Shown piece by piece: positions 35,725 to 45,452 of a stretch of DNA of 47,623 bases (positions are counted from its first letter, which is position 1; each line of letters starts with the position of its first letter). A program made the translations under genes and the position numbers. Origin of the DNA: a phage; the sequence record PZ445468.1. One strand, written 5' to 3'. Under the pieces are notes generated by a model. The model worked only from the letters and a program-made list of their open reading frames with translations, searched no databases and was not told where the DNA came from.

Positions 35725-36675
35725 TTATAAATTAAATTGCTTCTTGAACCATTCAGGCGTTTCCATTTCTATGACAGGATTACCTATTGAATAACCCGGC
35801 CACGAATTGGCTTTTTTACACGCCTTGTAAATTTCCATAGCTCCATGCAACTGAATGCGACCGATGCGCAACTGCTCTTCCGTTAATCTAATTAACGCAG
35901 GAATAAACGGTGCTTTCTTTTCCTGAACTAAAAGGTTTACCGAACGAGGCGCATGACCGTATGCCGCAACAAACATATCGTGTTGCATAGCCATTTTCAT
36001 GAAGTAGCCAAGTCGCGCAGCATGTCGGAAAAACTCTTCAGGCTTGGCGCTAACTGCTGTTTTGTAGTCAATGATGTCTCCTCCTTTTGTCAGGCAGTCA
36101 AAGCGAACTTTTGCTTTTTCTCCATTAAGCTCACCGAGAATTGACACTTCAGCATAAGCACCAGCAAGAAGACTGCTGTAATAGCTATTTGCGTGGATTA
36201 CAGCACGCATTTGCTGAATGGATTCATAATCACCACCTTCCAGCATTTGCCTTCCTGCAGCAGATTTTTCAGCCTCTTCACGGATAACATCGTAAATTTT
36301 AACTGGTTCGCCAGTCGCCTGAATGATTTTAATCACCTCAGCCTTCGACTTTCCAGAAAGCCCTTTAATTCCTCGCTCTTTCGCCCATGAGTTCATGTCG
36401 CTCACGGTAACAAGCAGGTCATCACCAAAATCTTCTTTGGTTGGCATGCGAGCATATTCAGCATCAAAACGCTCTGGTTCAAGCAGAGCTGTATGACTTC
36501 CTGTACCGAAGATAAGTGCTTTTGACTGCTCATCTTCTTCGTCTTTGTAGCGCCATGCCGCTGGACAGCGGTCATAAATGTTCCACAAACCAGAGCCATT
36601 AATGTGCTCTGTGTCGGCGTGGTAATCCTCATTACTGAGTTCATTGTTGAAATAGACTTTCATTGTTAACCTCAC
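35725..36675 (-). CDS. PD-(D/E)XK family exonuclease
   Basis: position next to ATPase and SSB; nuclease-like motifs. Confidence 0.5.
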   Translation of the reverse strand: MRLTMKVYFNNELSNEDYHADTEHINGSGLWNIYDRCPAAWRYKDEEDEQSKALIFGTGSHTALLEPERFDAEYARMPTKEDFGDDLLVTVSDMNSWAKERGIKGLSGKSKAEVIKIIQATGEPVKIYDVIREEAEKSAAGRQMLEGGDYESIQQMRAVIHANSYYSSLLAGAYAEVSILGELNGEKAKVRFDCLTKGGDIIDYKTAVSAKPEEFFRHAARLGYFMKMAMQHDMFVAAYGHAPRSVNLLVQEKKAPFIPALIRLTEEQLRIGRIQLHGAMEIYKACKKANSWPGYSIGNPVIEMETPEWFKKQFNL

Positions 36676-36700
36676 TCATCATCACGTAAATGAATCTACA

Positions 36701-37135
36701 TCAATCCACATCAAAAGGCAAGCCAAAATAGAAAAGTGTGGCTTTTTTTAGTTCATCAAGTCCATAAGCGATGGCGGCATAATGACCAAGCCTACACATC
36801 TCTGTTAGCACATCCGATTGCTCCTTGCTCACTCTGCTTTTACTTTTATCGCGGCGCTTTGACTCAATCATTCCGCAACTGTGATTTACACCCGGAGTCA
36901 TTATTACGTTGTCGCCTATTCCAGTCTTAACTCCCATCTTCTGGCGCTTCAGCACAAACTGCACTCTGCTTGATGTGCCAGTTTCGTTTGGTACATGAAA
37001 CCACAGAACATCAGGGAATCGGTGTTGCATCCATGTGCCGTAACCCATCTGGTCAGTCTCCTCTTTAGGACACTCACCACGATAACCGCTATCAAATACC
37101 CATATACCGCTATCAAGCTGCTTCACTTTGCTCAC
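36701..37135 (-). CDS. VRR-NUC domain nuclease
   Basis: 144-aa ORF with D ... E-x-K pattern (GIGDNVI ... GMIESKR). Confidence 0.45.
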   Translation of the reverse strand: MSKVKQLDSGIWVFDSGYRGECPKEETDQMGYGTWMQHRFPDVLWFHVPNETGTSSRVQFVLKRQKMGVKTGIGDNVIMTPGVNHSCGMIESKRRDKSKSRVSKEQSDVLTEMCRLGHYAAIAYGLDELKKATLFYFGLPFDVD

Positions 37136-39050
37136 CTGTAAAATCTTTTCTGTGGATTATGTCTCGGCCTTTATCATTAATACGATGCGTGATGCGTTTT
37201 GGCGATTTAATCAATCCAGCATACATCATGAATTGTTTTGCGTTCTGGCATTTCAGTATTTTCCCAGCCATTGACTTATCATCAAGGTGAGGAAAGATAG
37301 CCTTTGCCTTAAACATGTTTTTCATGTGAGTTGCGCCGCTATAAGGGTAGAAAACCTCGCTAGCCCATCCTTCTTTTCCGTCACAACGATTAATCCAGTA
37401 GCGATATAAAACCCCCTCTCCATCCTTCGTTAACTGAACCTTGAAATCCATAACGTCAGCCCATTCATTATCCGTATACGCACGCTCATTCAGTGCCGCA
37501 TTAGGGTCGCGCAGAACATGATCGCAATGTCGGCAATAACGCGCAGTAGGGTCATTTTTAGTCCCGCAACCATCATCAAAAATCCGTATTCCATGCTTGT
37601 CGAAACCGCAACGAATGTAGCTGAAAAATTCTTCGCATCGACCATCTGGCGATAGTACATCTTTGCCAATGCAGCGGCGCGCATATGGGCTGTTCATTGT
37701 TCCGCATTTCGGGCACGGAACCTGTTCACCACTGCGCCTTGAACGCTGAGCCTCAGCTTCTTCCAGAATCGGGTCTTCATACAGCTGACCAAGCTCAAAC
37801 ATCGTGCCTGAGAAATCAAGAACCAGATGGTCTTCTTTATGATACCCAGCATCAATTTGCTCCTTCTTCAGCAGGCGCATACCGCGACCAAGCAACTGGA
37901 CAAGGAGAGTTAGCGACATTATTTTCCTGAGGATTACGCTTACATCCCATAGCGGAATGTTTACTCCGGTCGTCAGCGCGGCTATCTGGAATGTGTATTT
38001 TATTTTGCCAGTGTACGCATCCTTTAGAGCCTTACGTCTGGCTTTTTGCCCCATATCTTCGGTGACAATAGCGTAGCTACCTTCTGGCAGATATTTAGCA
38101 GCTTCTAAACAATGCTTCTTGCCTGCGCAGGTAATTAACACTCCATTTCTATCTTTTGTAAGCTCCATCACTTTGAGCATGATTTTCTGTGTGAGAGTAC
38201 CTTGCTCAAGGATTTCTTCCTGCATCTGCTTAAGTTGTTCGGCAGTGAAGTCCTGCGTTCCGTCGATATCAGATCCACGGAATGCTGAAAGGTCGTAATG
38301 CAAATCATCAACATCATGAAGGCCAAAGATTGTTGGAACAACAAATCCGCGATCTACCATGTACTTTGTGTCAATGTTTATTATTTCATTCTTCCAGTAC
38401 GCACCTTTCATTGATTCAGTGCCACGGAATGGGCTTCCGGTGAATCCAATTGTTATCATTTCATGACCATGTTTTGCCTTGCATCTCCTGTTAAGTTCCG
38501 TAAGTATTACACCATATTGTGTTGTTGGATTCTCACTAATAATGTCCTGCCACGGAACTTGGTGCCCTTCATCGCACAGGCAAAATCTGGGGGCAAAATC
38601 ACTCAATCCACCTTTCTTAACGTCACCACTTGATTCATCTTTTTTATCAAAAAGTGCGTTAACGATTGTTCCTTCAGTTCCGCATATAATAGGGTATGCT
38701 GTACTTTTCCTGCCAAGAGATGCGCTATAAAGAGAATTTTTTACACCGCACTCCCACATCATTTCAGCATTCTGCTCTGCTATTTCCCCCTGCCTTGAAA
38801 TAACAAGGCCATCCCACCCCATATCCTGAAATCTACTGCAAAGCATTGAAATTATCACGGTCTTTCCTGATGAAACCGACGCTGTAACATAGCTTGGTTC
38901 AGGTTTCTTGCCAAAATTACGAATAACCTCAGCGCACTTTGCGTAAACAAGCCATTGGTAATCATATGGCTCTATGGAGCCTAATTTTATTGATTGCTTT
39001 AACTTCTCAATATTAATCTCTGAAATCATTTTGTCTATTTTGTTCATCAC
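37113..39050 (-). CDS. DExH-box superfamily II helicase
   Basis: Walker A SSGKT, DEGH motif II, C-terminal Cys4 zinc-finger pairs. Confidence 0.75.
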   Translation of the reverse strand: MMNKIDKMISEINIEKLKQSIKLGSIEPYDYQWLVYAKCAEVIRNFGKKPEPSYVTASVSSGKTVIISMLCSRFQDMGWDGLVISRQGEIAEQNAEMMWECGVKNSLYSASLGRKSTAYPIICGTEGTIVNALFDKKDESSGDVKKGGLSDFAPRFCLCDEGHQVPWQDIISENPTTQYGVILTELNRRCKAKHGHEMITIGFTGSPFRGTESMKGAYWKNEIINIDTKYMVDRGFVVPTIFGLHDVDDLHYDLSAFRGSDIDGTQDFTAEQLKQMQEEILEQGTLTQKIMLKVMELTKDRNGVLITCAGKKHCLEAAKYLPEGSYAIVTEDMGQKARRKALKDAYTGKIKYTFQIAALTTGVNIPLWDVSVILRKIMSLTLLVQLLGRGMRLLKKEQIDAGYHKEDHLVLDFSGTMFELGQLYEDPILEEAEAQRSRRSGEQVPCPKCGTMNSPYARRCIGKDVLSPDGRCEEFFSYIRCGFDKHGIRIFDDGCGTKNDPTARYCRHCDHVLRDPNAALNERAYTDNEWADVMDFKVQLTKDGEGVLYRYWINRCDGKEGWASEVFYPYSGATHMKNMFKAKAIFPHLDDKSMAGKILKCQNAKQFMMYAGLIKSPKRITHRINDKGRDIIHRKDFTGEQSEAA

Positions 39051-39622
39051 CTACTCCTGCTAAAATCACCGTGTAATGATTTTCTATATTTCTTTATGGC
39101 GTTACCTGCTTCCTCTGCTGTATTAAAGTAACCAAGATTAAATCTCCTGCCGTTAACCGCTATCCTTGCTCTCCACTTTTTACTTTTTGCATCAAAGCCA
39201 ACCCCTTTAAATCCAGATTGGTTATCAATTCTGATTTTCCTATTCATGCAGTTTTCGCTTGGTTTTGCCTCTCTTAAATTTAAGATGGCGTTATTTGATT
39301 TATCTAAGTCGATATGGTCAATCTCAAATTAAGGCCACTTCCCGTTAACATAAAACCATGCAAGTCTGTGGGCCATAAACCTGTATCCACCTATAACTAT
39401 GCGTACATATCCGGTATTCTCAACATATCCAGCTCTCGGTGAGTTACTGTGATTACCATTTCTCCACGTAAAAATTCCTGTTGATTTTTCATAATTAATT
39501 TTTGATTTAAGAAACTCATGGCTTAGCGATGACTCCTTTTGCTTTCTTCTCTCTAAATTTCTTGACTCTGCACCTGACAGAGCAGCACTTCGCCTTTGCA
39601 GTTCCGATGAACTCATTTCCAC
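39047..39622 (-). pseudogene. HNH-AP2 homing endonuclease interrupted by in-frame TAA
   Basis: both halves align to intact paralogue at 47116..; TAA at 39329-39331 sits where paralogue has E/K. Confidence 0.6.
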
Positions 39623-39665
39623 AAACCTCGCACTTCTTTACGGTGATCGCCATTTCATAACCTCT

Positions 39666-39729
39666 ATTGTAACGATTAATTGTTTCATTTCAAGTAACGA
39701 TTGATTGTTTCATGCGAGTAAATTACAAT
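39666..39729. promoter_or_regulatory. divergent promoters with tandem 18-bp repeats
   Basis: leftward TTGAAA-16-TACAAT; rightward TTGATT-17-TACAAT; AACGATT(A/G)ATTGTTTCAT twice. Confidence 0.45.
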
Positions 39730-39760
39730 GATTCTACATCATCGTCAACAGGAAGATTTT

Positions 39761-40714
39761 ATGAGATACGACTGGAAAGACATTGAGCCAAAAATGCTCG
39801 GAAATTGGCAGGCCGCCATCATGTCTATCGTCAATGTGGATAGCAGAGTTTTCAATGGCAAGCACCAGCCATGCCCGTCATGCTCAGGAAAAGACAGATA
39901 TCGCTTTGATGATAACTTCGAAACAAAAGGCGATGGCGGCGCAATATGCAATCAGTGCGGGTCCGGCAGCGGCATGAACTGGCTGATGAAACTTTCAGGC
40001 ATGAACTTCCCTGAAGCACTGGAGGCGCTTGGTGGATTCCTGAACATGCACCCACGCGAAAAGCTGGAGGCAATCAGGAAGGAACTACCGAAGATAAATT
40101 ACAACGATGACTTCATCACCGAGCAGGAAGTAGCCGCAATCATGTCTAAAACGACGCGTGTCGCGATGAGTGAGTGGACTTTGATAAATGGTATTGGTTG
40201 CGACGTTAGCGTCGTCAGAGGGAAATCTGGGGAGCTTATTGCGGTTGAGATGGTGCGCGCTGACACAATGAGTCCGTGCAACGTGGCATTCATTGGCATG
40301 GATGGTGATGCATTCAGAACATTCTACAAAGCAGGATATAACAAAGACTCAGCCATAAACGGCAAACTCACACGAGGCGCGATAAGCCCAATCGGAGAAG
40401 ATAACGGAAAGTTCATTTATCTGGTGTCTGATTATGCCGACGCGTGGAAATGCCATTACTTCACTGGCGCGCATGTCTGGTGCTGCTGGTCGCCGGAAAA
40501 TATGTGGGAAGTGGTGCGCTCGGTTAGCGGTGAGACGAAAGCAAGGTTACGCTGCATAGTTAATTATAAATTTGACGAGCTTTGCGCTGCGGAAAATGCA
40601 GGACTTCCGGTGATGCTGCCTGATGATTCCGACACAATCAGGATGGCGAAGCGAATCAGAAGAAAGATTTATGACGCTGGCGAGTTGATAGAGAAGATCT
40701 CAGTTTGCAGATAA
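39761..40714 (+). CDS. putative DNA primase (zinc-ribbon)
   Basis: N-terminal CPSC ... CNQC zinc-binding motif; AGGAAG RBS. Confidence 0.5.
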   Translation: MRYDWKDIEPKMLGNWQAAIMSIVNVDSRVFNGKHQPCPSCSGKDRYRFDDNFETKGDGGAICNQCGSGSGMNWLMKLSGMNFPEALEALGGFLNMHPREKLEAIRKELPKINYNDDFITEQEVAAIMSKTTRVAMSEWTLINGIGCDVSVVRGKSGELIAVEMVRADTMSPCNVAFIGMDGDAFRTFYKAGYNKDSAINGKLTRGAISPIGEDNGKFIYLVSDYADAWKCHYFTGAHVWCCWSPENMWEVVRSVSGETKARLRCIVNYKFDELCAAENAGLPVMLPDDSDTIRMAKRIRRKIYDAGELIEKISVCR

Positions 40715-40717
40715 AGG

Positions 40718-40742
40718 AAACCATCCAGTTGGAGGGTTTTTG
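40718..40742 (+). terminator. rho-independent terminator
   Basis: AAACCATCCAGTTGGAGGGTTTTTG. Confidence 0.5.
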
Positions 40743-40813
40743 TTATTCATTGAACTCTGGCGCTTCAGTCCAGAAGTGCTCAGGTAAAATTTTAAGTTCG
40801 TGTGTTTTGCTCA

Positions 40814-42406
40814 TCACAACCCCCTCATAAATCTCATGCGCTTAACGGCAGCGGAAAGATAATTTCTAACCGTTGAGTTCATCCGCAGGCCATCCCATGA
40901 ACCATCACTACACATCTTAATTGCTCTTGGATTATCCCTGTCCAGCATTAGTGGTGAATGTTTGTTCTCCTCAATGGCAAGAAGAACCTCATAAACAAAC
41001 TTATCAGGTGTTAGTGTGATGTTATTAGAGTCAGCAGAATTGATTATCTTTTCAACTCTGTCACGGCACAGCTTGTTCTTTATAACAGACAAATAAGGCG
41101 TTTTAATGAATGCCTGTGATTCACAAATTCGCTTTATTTTTTCAACAATATTCGACCACTCAGTATTCTCAAGTCCATCAAATGCCTGTTCACCCTCAAG
41201 GAATCTTTTCAGCCCTGACAGGTGTTCAAGAACCGTGATATAACCCCACTCGATATGCTCCATCGTCACTGATGGTGTCATTCCCTGCCGACTTGACAGA
41301 TCGGTATACGCCGCCAGAGTTGCAAGATCGACAATCATTAGACCCATACGAGGGATAACATCACCAACAACACCATCGCAATCACCAAGCTCACTTTCCA
41401 GTTTCATAGACAGAGATCGGTGCAGTTTTTTAGCATTATCATCAGCCCATACAACGTGAGTTTTCGCGGTAAGAACCCTACCTTTCCACTCATTGATTAT
41501 TTTTCTTGAAAGCGTACCACTCACTTCCACATCCTTCATCGCTGGCATTTCCTCACCAGCAAGATGTCCAAGCTGGAACAGCACGCGCCCCATACCGCCA
41601 TCTTTCTGCCATGAACGCGCAGCATCTATTCCCTGCTCTGGTGTGACAGTAATCAGCGGAACAAATTTTGCGTTTTCAATTCCACCTTCTTTTGTTGCAA
41701 TTTCGTACTCATTCATTGCCGACTTTAGTGCTCTCCCAACGCTGTGGTCCATCATCGCAAGACGCTTATAATCTATGACTCCTTTCCCGTCATCTCCACC
41801 AGTAAGTGGCACTATCCATCCCTCTGCGCTTGCTGCCGCCATGATGCGTTTTGGGTTTTGTTCCCACGTAAGGTTTTCAAGCAACTCCTTTATTATTGGT
41901 CTATTAGGAACCCACACGCCGCCATCAGTTAGGGCTCTATACCACGCCATAGTGCCGCCAAGATATGCATTGCGCGGGTTGTTCCAGTCTTCAAGATGTT
42001 GCTTGTCATCGTTCACAACGTAGAGCAAAGACCCACCTCCGGCAATCAGGTCTAACTGCATCTGTTTCGTCGATGTTGATTTGGATGCGCAAACTCTGGA
42101 CCCTATTCCCAGCGCATTGGCATACGCCCTGACGAAACTCACCGGTGCACCCTTACCTGCACCAGAGCGAGCCACGAGAAATATTCCAGTATTGCAGATA
42201 CTACCTGTTGGACCAATCAAGTATCGTCCAGCCATCGCCTGAGCAAGACCCAACGCGCCAGTTAAACGATATCTTCCCCCTCCCTCACGGCGCTCAAACC
42301 CCCTTGCGATCTCATCCATAAACTCACCAAGTGCCCCGGGAGCATCCCGCTTTATGCCCATAGCCAGAGACTCAAAATCAATCGAACTCATCAATACACC
42401 CTCCAT
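40814..42406 (-). CDS. hypothetical protein (530 aa), possible replication protein
   Basis: large ORF next to iteron region; Gly-rich SGAGKG loop not a canonical Walker A. Confidence 0.4.
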   Translation of the reverse strand: MEGVLMSSIDFESLAMGIKRDAPGALGEFMDEIARGFERREGGGRYRLTGALGLAQAMAGRYLIGPTGSICNTGIFLVARSGAGKGAPVSFVRAYANALGIGSRVCASKSTSTKQMQLDLIAGGGSLLYVVNDDKQHLEDWNNPRNAYLGGTMAWYRALTDGGVWVPNRPIIKELLENLTWEQNPKRIMAAASAEGWIVPLTGGDDGKGVIDYKRLAMMDHSVGRALKSAMNEYEIATKEGGIENAKFVPLITVTPEQGIDAARSWQKDGGMGRVLFQLGHLAGEEMPAMKDVEVSGTLSRKIINEWKGRVLTAKTHVVWADDNAKKLHRSLSMKLESELGDCDGVVGDVIPRMGLMIVDLATLAAYTDLSSRQGMTPSVTMEHIEWGYITVLEHLSGLKRFLEGEQAFDGLENTEWSNIVEKIKRICESQAFIKTPYLSVIKNKLCRDRVEKIINSADSNNITLTPDKFVYEVLLAIEENKHSPLMLDRDNPRAIKMCSDGSWDGLRMNSTVRNYLSAAVKRMRFMRGL

Positions 42407-42720
42407 ACGCGCAAGAATTTACCCTGGATAACACCCTGTTTCACCGTTAACACAGCACCCACCCTGTCAGCCTCAATTTTTAGCGCCTTCTGAAGTGACG
42501 CCATTGTCATCTGAAAACCTCGCTCTATGTCGTATGCGTAGCACCCATCTCTGCCCCCAATCAAAATTGAAGTTGAATACCCGTTCTCAAAGTAAAACTG
42601 ACACCCATCAGGAGCGGTAAGATTATTTATCACGTCGTGAGCAAGCGATGTCGTAACAGGGAATATCGGCGCGCAACTCATACTCACCTCACCCAACTCG
42701 CTTAATGTGCAAAACTTCAT
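42391..42720 (-). CDS. hypothetical protein (109 aa)
   Basis: ORF. Confidence 0.4.
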   Translation of the reverse strand: MKFCTLSELGEVSMSCAPIFPVTTSLAHDVINNLTAPDGCQFYFENGYSTSILIGGRDGCYAYDIERGFQMTMASLQKALKIEADRVGAVLTVKQGVIQGKFLRVWRVY

Positions 42721-42937
42721 CGAAATATGAGCACGTTCTGAATTTCATCCCAAAATCCTCACCAACCCTTCCGAGACACGCGCGAAATCTTTCAACAGAC
42801 ATCACTTTATCTGCAATATCCTCATAAGAAATCGAATTAACCTGACCAACATCCATATGTTTTGCAACGCGATACACGAATTCCATCTTTGAACCATCAC
42901 GGTACATTTTGTTTCTCATAGACACCTCCATCCGCAT
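42689..42937 (-). CDS. hypothetical protein (82 aa)
   Basis: ORF. Confidence 0.4.
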   Translation of the reverse strand: MRMEVSMRNKMYRDGSKMEFVYRVAKHMDVGQVNSISYEDIADKVMSVERFRACLGRVGEDFGMKFRTCSYFDEVLHIKRVG

Positions 42938-43084
42938 TCCAACAGGAACTATAGATAAAAAATAAAATTAGCGCAACACAAAACAGGTCTAACCAGCAAT
43001 AATAGCTACCACACTTAACAACTGGTCAGACCACCATCTCGTATCTGATATATGTGGATGGTGCACGTCGTTCAATTTGTGCTC

Positions 43085-43443
43085 GATTTTTACCTAATTT
43101 ACCGTATATTTATTAGTCAGTTTTTTGCATAACCAATTGATTTATATGATTTTACCTGTTTTACCGGAAATCTAATGAGTATTTTCATCATTGAGAGTAG
43201 TAGTATATTAATTGGTCTAATTTTTAAAGAACTCTAATAAAATCAATATATTAATATAAGAAAGTAACTTACTTACTTATATAGGATTTACCGGGTAAAA
43301 CCGGTAACTCCTCCGCAGTCCGCGTCATTACTGGATTGATTTTTACCACCTGTAGGTAAATACAGTAGTTTTTAAGTCAGGATTGTTTTGTAAGATGTTG
43401 ATTACCGGTACTTTATTTGAAAAACCGGGATTTACCGGGTTTT
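43085..43443. repeat. iteron array (TTTACC / ACCGG core), putative origin
   Basis: at least 10 direct and inverted copies of GATTT(T)ACC(G/T), including palindromes TTACCGG-N6-CCGGTAA and TACCGGTA. Confidence 0.55.
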
Positions 43444-43516
43444 TGTGGTGTGATTAATAATCGCGCAATTAGCCATGTTTCACCAGAACTCACTGATGCG
43501 ACACCTGAAAATCGCA

Positions 43517-43545
43517 TTGACGTAGAATTACAACTGATGTAGATT
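43517..43545 (+). promoter_or_regulatory. sigma70-like early promoter TTGACG-17-TAGATT
   Basis: hexamers 30 nt upstream of first early ORF; second motif copy overlaps. Confidence 0.5.
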
Positions 43546-43575
43546 GAACTCATCAAAACAAACGAGGGTGAAGAG

Positions 43576-43722
43576 ATGAAAATCAAATACCGTGAAGAAT
43601 TTGAAGATGCACAGGTTATGGCACGTATCGCAGTTGAGCGCACAGACAACATCATTCCTGCCGAAGCATTCTGGAACGCAGCAATGCAGGCTTTAATCTC
43701 TGCGTATGGGTTAAGTAAATGA
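43576..43722 (+). CDS. hypothetical protein (48 aa)
   Basis: short ORF read by eye with GAGGGTGAAGAG RBS. Confidence 0.35.
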   Translation: MKIKYREEFEDAQVMARIAVERTDNIIPAEAFWNAAMQALISAYGLSK

Positions 43723-43814
43723 CAGGCGCAAAACTCGAGCTTATCGCCAGTCTGGTTATCTTGGCATTCATCATTATCGCAGTGGCAGTTTCAAAATCAG
43801 GGTATGAGAGGTGA
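43719..43814 (+). CDS. small membrane protein (31 aa)
   Basis: short hydrophobic ORF, ATGA overlap. Confidence 0.25.
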   Translation: MTGAKLELIASLVILAFIIIAVAVSKSGYER

Positions 43815-43899
43815 AATGAGCAATTGGCATAACGAACATATCATGCAGTGGTATCGCCGTAGCATCAAGGCAATCATTAACTCTTATGAGGTTTAACAA

Positions 43900-44082
43900 A
43901 TGGCAAAGACTATCTATCGCCGCGAGAAACTGGAACCAGAACTCGGTCACGTTGGCGCGCAAAACTTTATGAGCAAGCAGGCACGTAATGCGATGGAATC
44001 TATCCGCGTGAATCGCGTTGTGCGCGTGTTTAATGGTGAAGGTAAGCGTAGGGTAATGGATGAGCTGATTATCGTATTCTGA
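43900..44082 (+). CDS. hypothetical protein (60 aa)
   Basis: ORF. Confidence 0.4.
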   Translation: MAKTIYRREKLEPELGHVGAQNFMSKQARNAMESIRVNRVVRVFNGEGKRRVMDELIIVF

Positions 44083-44118
44083 ACTCGATTCAGCGATCTT
44101 ATTTCTAATGGTGATGAT

Positions 44119-44352
44119 ATGGCAAAAGTAAAAACATACGAGTTCTGGTTTGTTCAGAACAAAATGTATGCAAGCAGGACAATCAGGCGAGTCAGCTGGT
44201 GGAATAAGTGGTTAATCATGTCTGGCTGCATTGTGCTGGCAAAGTGCAAATTCAAAGCGATTGACATCACAGATGAGGATGCGCTCAAAATCGCAAAGAT
44301 TGAGTTTGAAGAAGATGGCTATTACGAAGAAATTATGGGGGTTAGGGTATGA
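44119..44352 (+). CDS. hypothetical protein (77 aa)
   Basis: ORF. Confidence 0.4.
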   Translation: MAKVKTYEFWFVQNKMYASRTIRRVSWWNKWLIMSGCIVLAKCKFKAIDITDEDALKIAKIEFEEDGYYEEIMGVRV

Positions 44353-44846
44353 GTGAAGTTAAGCGAATTGATATCGACCACAAAGGACTTCCATTCACTG
44401 ATAATAATGGGGTTTACGTTTTCTACGAAGACTATGCAGCACTAGAAGCTAAATGCGCTGCGCTGGTGGTGGAGAATGCGGTGCTGAATAAATTTATCGT
44501 ACAGAGTTGCTACGTGTTTGACGGCGAGCAGGGTGAACTATCTGATGCGTATATCTGCGCAATAGATGGAAGGATGCCGCAAACCACAGCCACCGACGCT
44601 TTCTTGGCTGAAGTGAAGACTGAAGCACGCAAGGAGGGAGCTTACTTTGTGGCGAACAGAATGCTGGCTGCCTGGGAAGCTGGTTTTATTGATGATACTG
44701 CAAAGAACGCCGCGGATATTGCCAGGATGATTCTTACCTCTACTGAGTTTATGGCTAATGCGCCGGAAGGCGATTTTGACCGCTCATTCTCTGATGGCGT
44801 TCTCGAAGATATCGCCGCCCAGCTTCGCAAAGGAGGCAACCAGTGA
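44349..44846 (+). CDS. hypothetical protein (165 aa)
   Basis: ORF. Confidence 0.45.
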   Translation: MSEVKRIDIDHKGLPFTDNNGVYVFYEDYAALEAKCAALVVENAVLNKFIVQSCYVFDGEQGELSDAYICAIDGRMPQTTATDAFLAEVKTEARKEGAYFVANRMLAAWEAGFIDDTAKNAADIARMILTSTEFMANAPEGDFDRSFSDGVLEDIAAQLRKGGNQ

Positions 44847-45451
44847 GCGAGATTAATTACCAGGCTCTGCGTGAAGCGGCGGAGAAGGCGACGAAAGGCC
44901 GGTGGGCTGTTGAGTTCGACGATGAGATTTACTCCACTGACGGCGTGAACCATGAGCAAATAGCCATGGTATTCAGTGAAAACGAAGCGCGTGATGCTGC
45001 ATTTATCGCCGCAGCCAACCCCGCCACCGTGCTGGCGCTGCTGGATGAGCTGGAGAAGACGCAGGCGCAATCGTCAAAGTGGTGCGAAGCCTTCCATAAA
45101 GCCGTATCGGTTGGTGCTCGCTATGAAGAGCGCATAGCAGAACTGGAGGGGGACGCATTCAATCCCGCAATTATTGATGTGGTAGCAGAACGCCAGCGGC
45201 AACAGTCGGTTGAAGGATGGACTCCTGAACATGACAACGCATATCAAAATAGCGAATTAGCAGATGCAGCGGCTTGTTACGCAATTCATGCGCACAACCA
45301 AGGTTTCTCCACTCCAGCACATTGGCCGTGGTCTCCTGACTGGTGGAAGCAATCAGGAGCACGCCGCGACTTAGTAAAAGCTGGCGCTCTTATTCTGGCA
45401 GAAATTGAACGTATTGACCGCGCCGCTGGCATTGGCGTGAAGGGGGAGTGA
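44843..45451 (+). CDS. Ead/Ea22-like protein
   Basis: N-terminal ALREAAEKAT ... NPATVLALLDELE pattern. Confidence 0.5.
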   Translation: MSEINYQALREAAEKATKGRWAVEFDDEIYSTDGVNHEQIAMVFSENEARDAAFIAAANPATVLALLDELEKTQAQSSKWCEAFHKAVSVGARYEERIAELEGDAFNPAIIDVVAERQRQQSVEGWTPEHDNAYQNSELADAAACYAIHAHNQGFSTPAHWPWSPDWWKQSGARRDLVKAGALILAEIERIDRAAGIGVKGE

Positions 45452-45452
45452 T

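Noticed and set aside
43413-43655. 80-aa minus-strand ORF across the iteron region
   Set aside because: Spans AT-rich repeats and the early promoter; better explained as regulatory or origin DNA.
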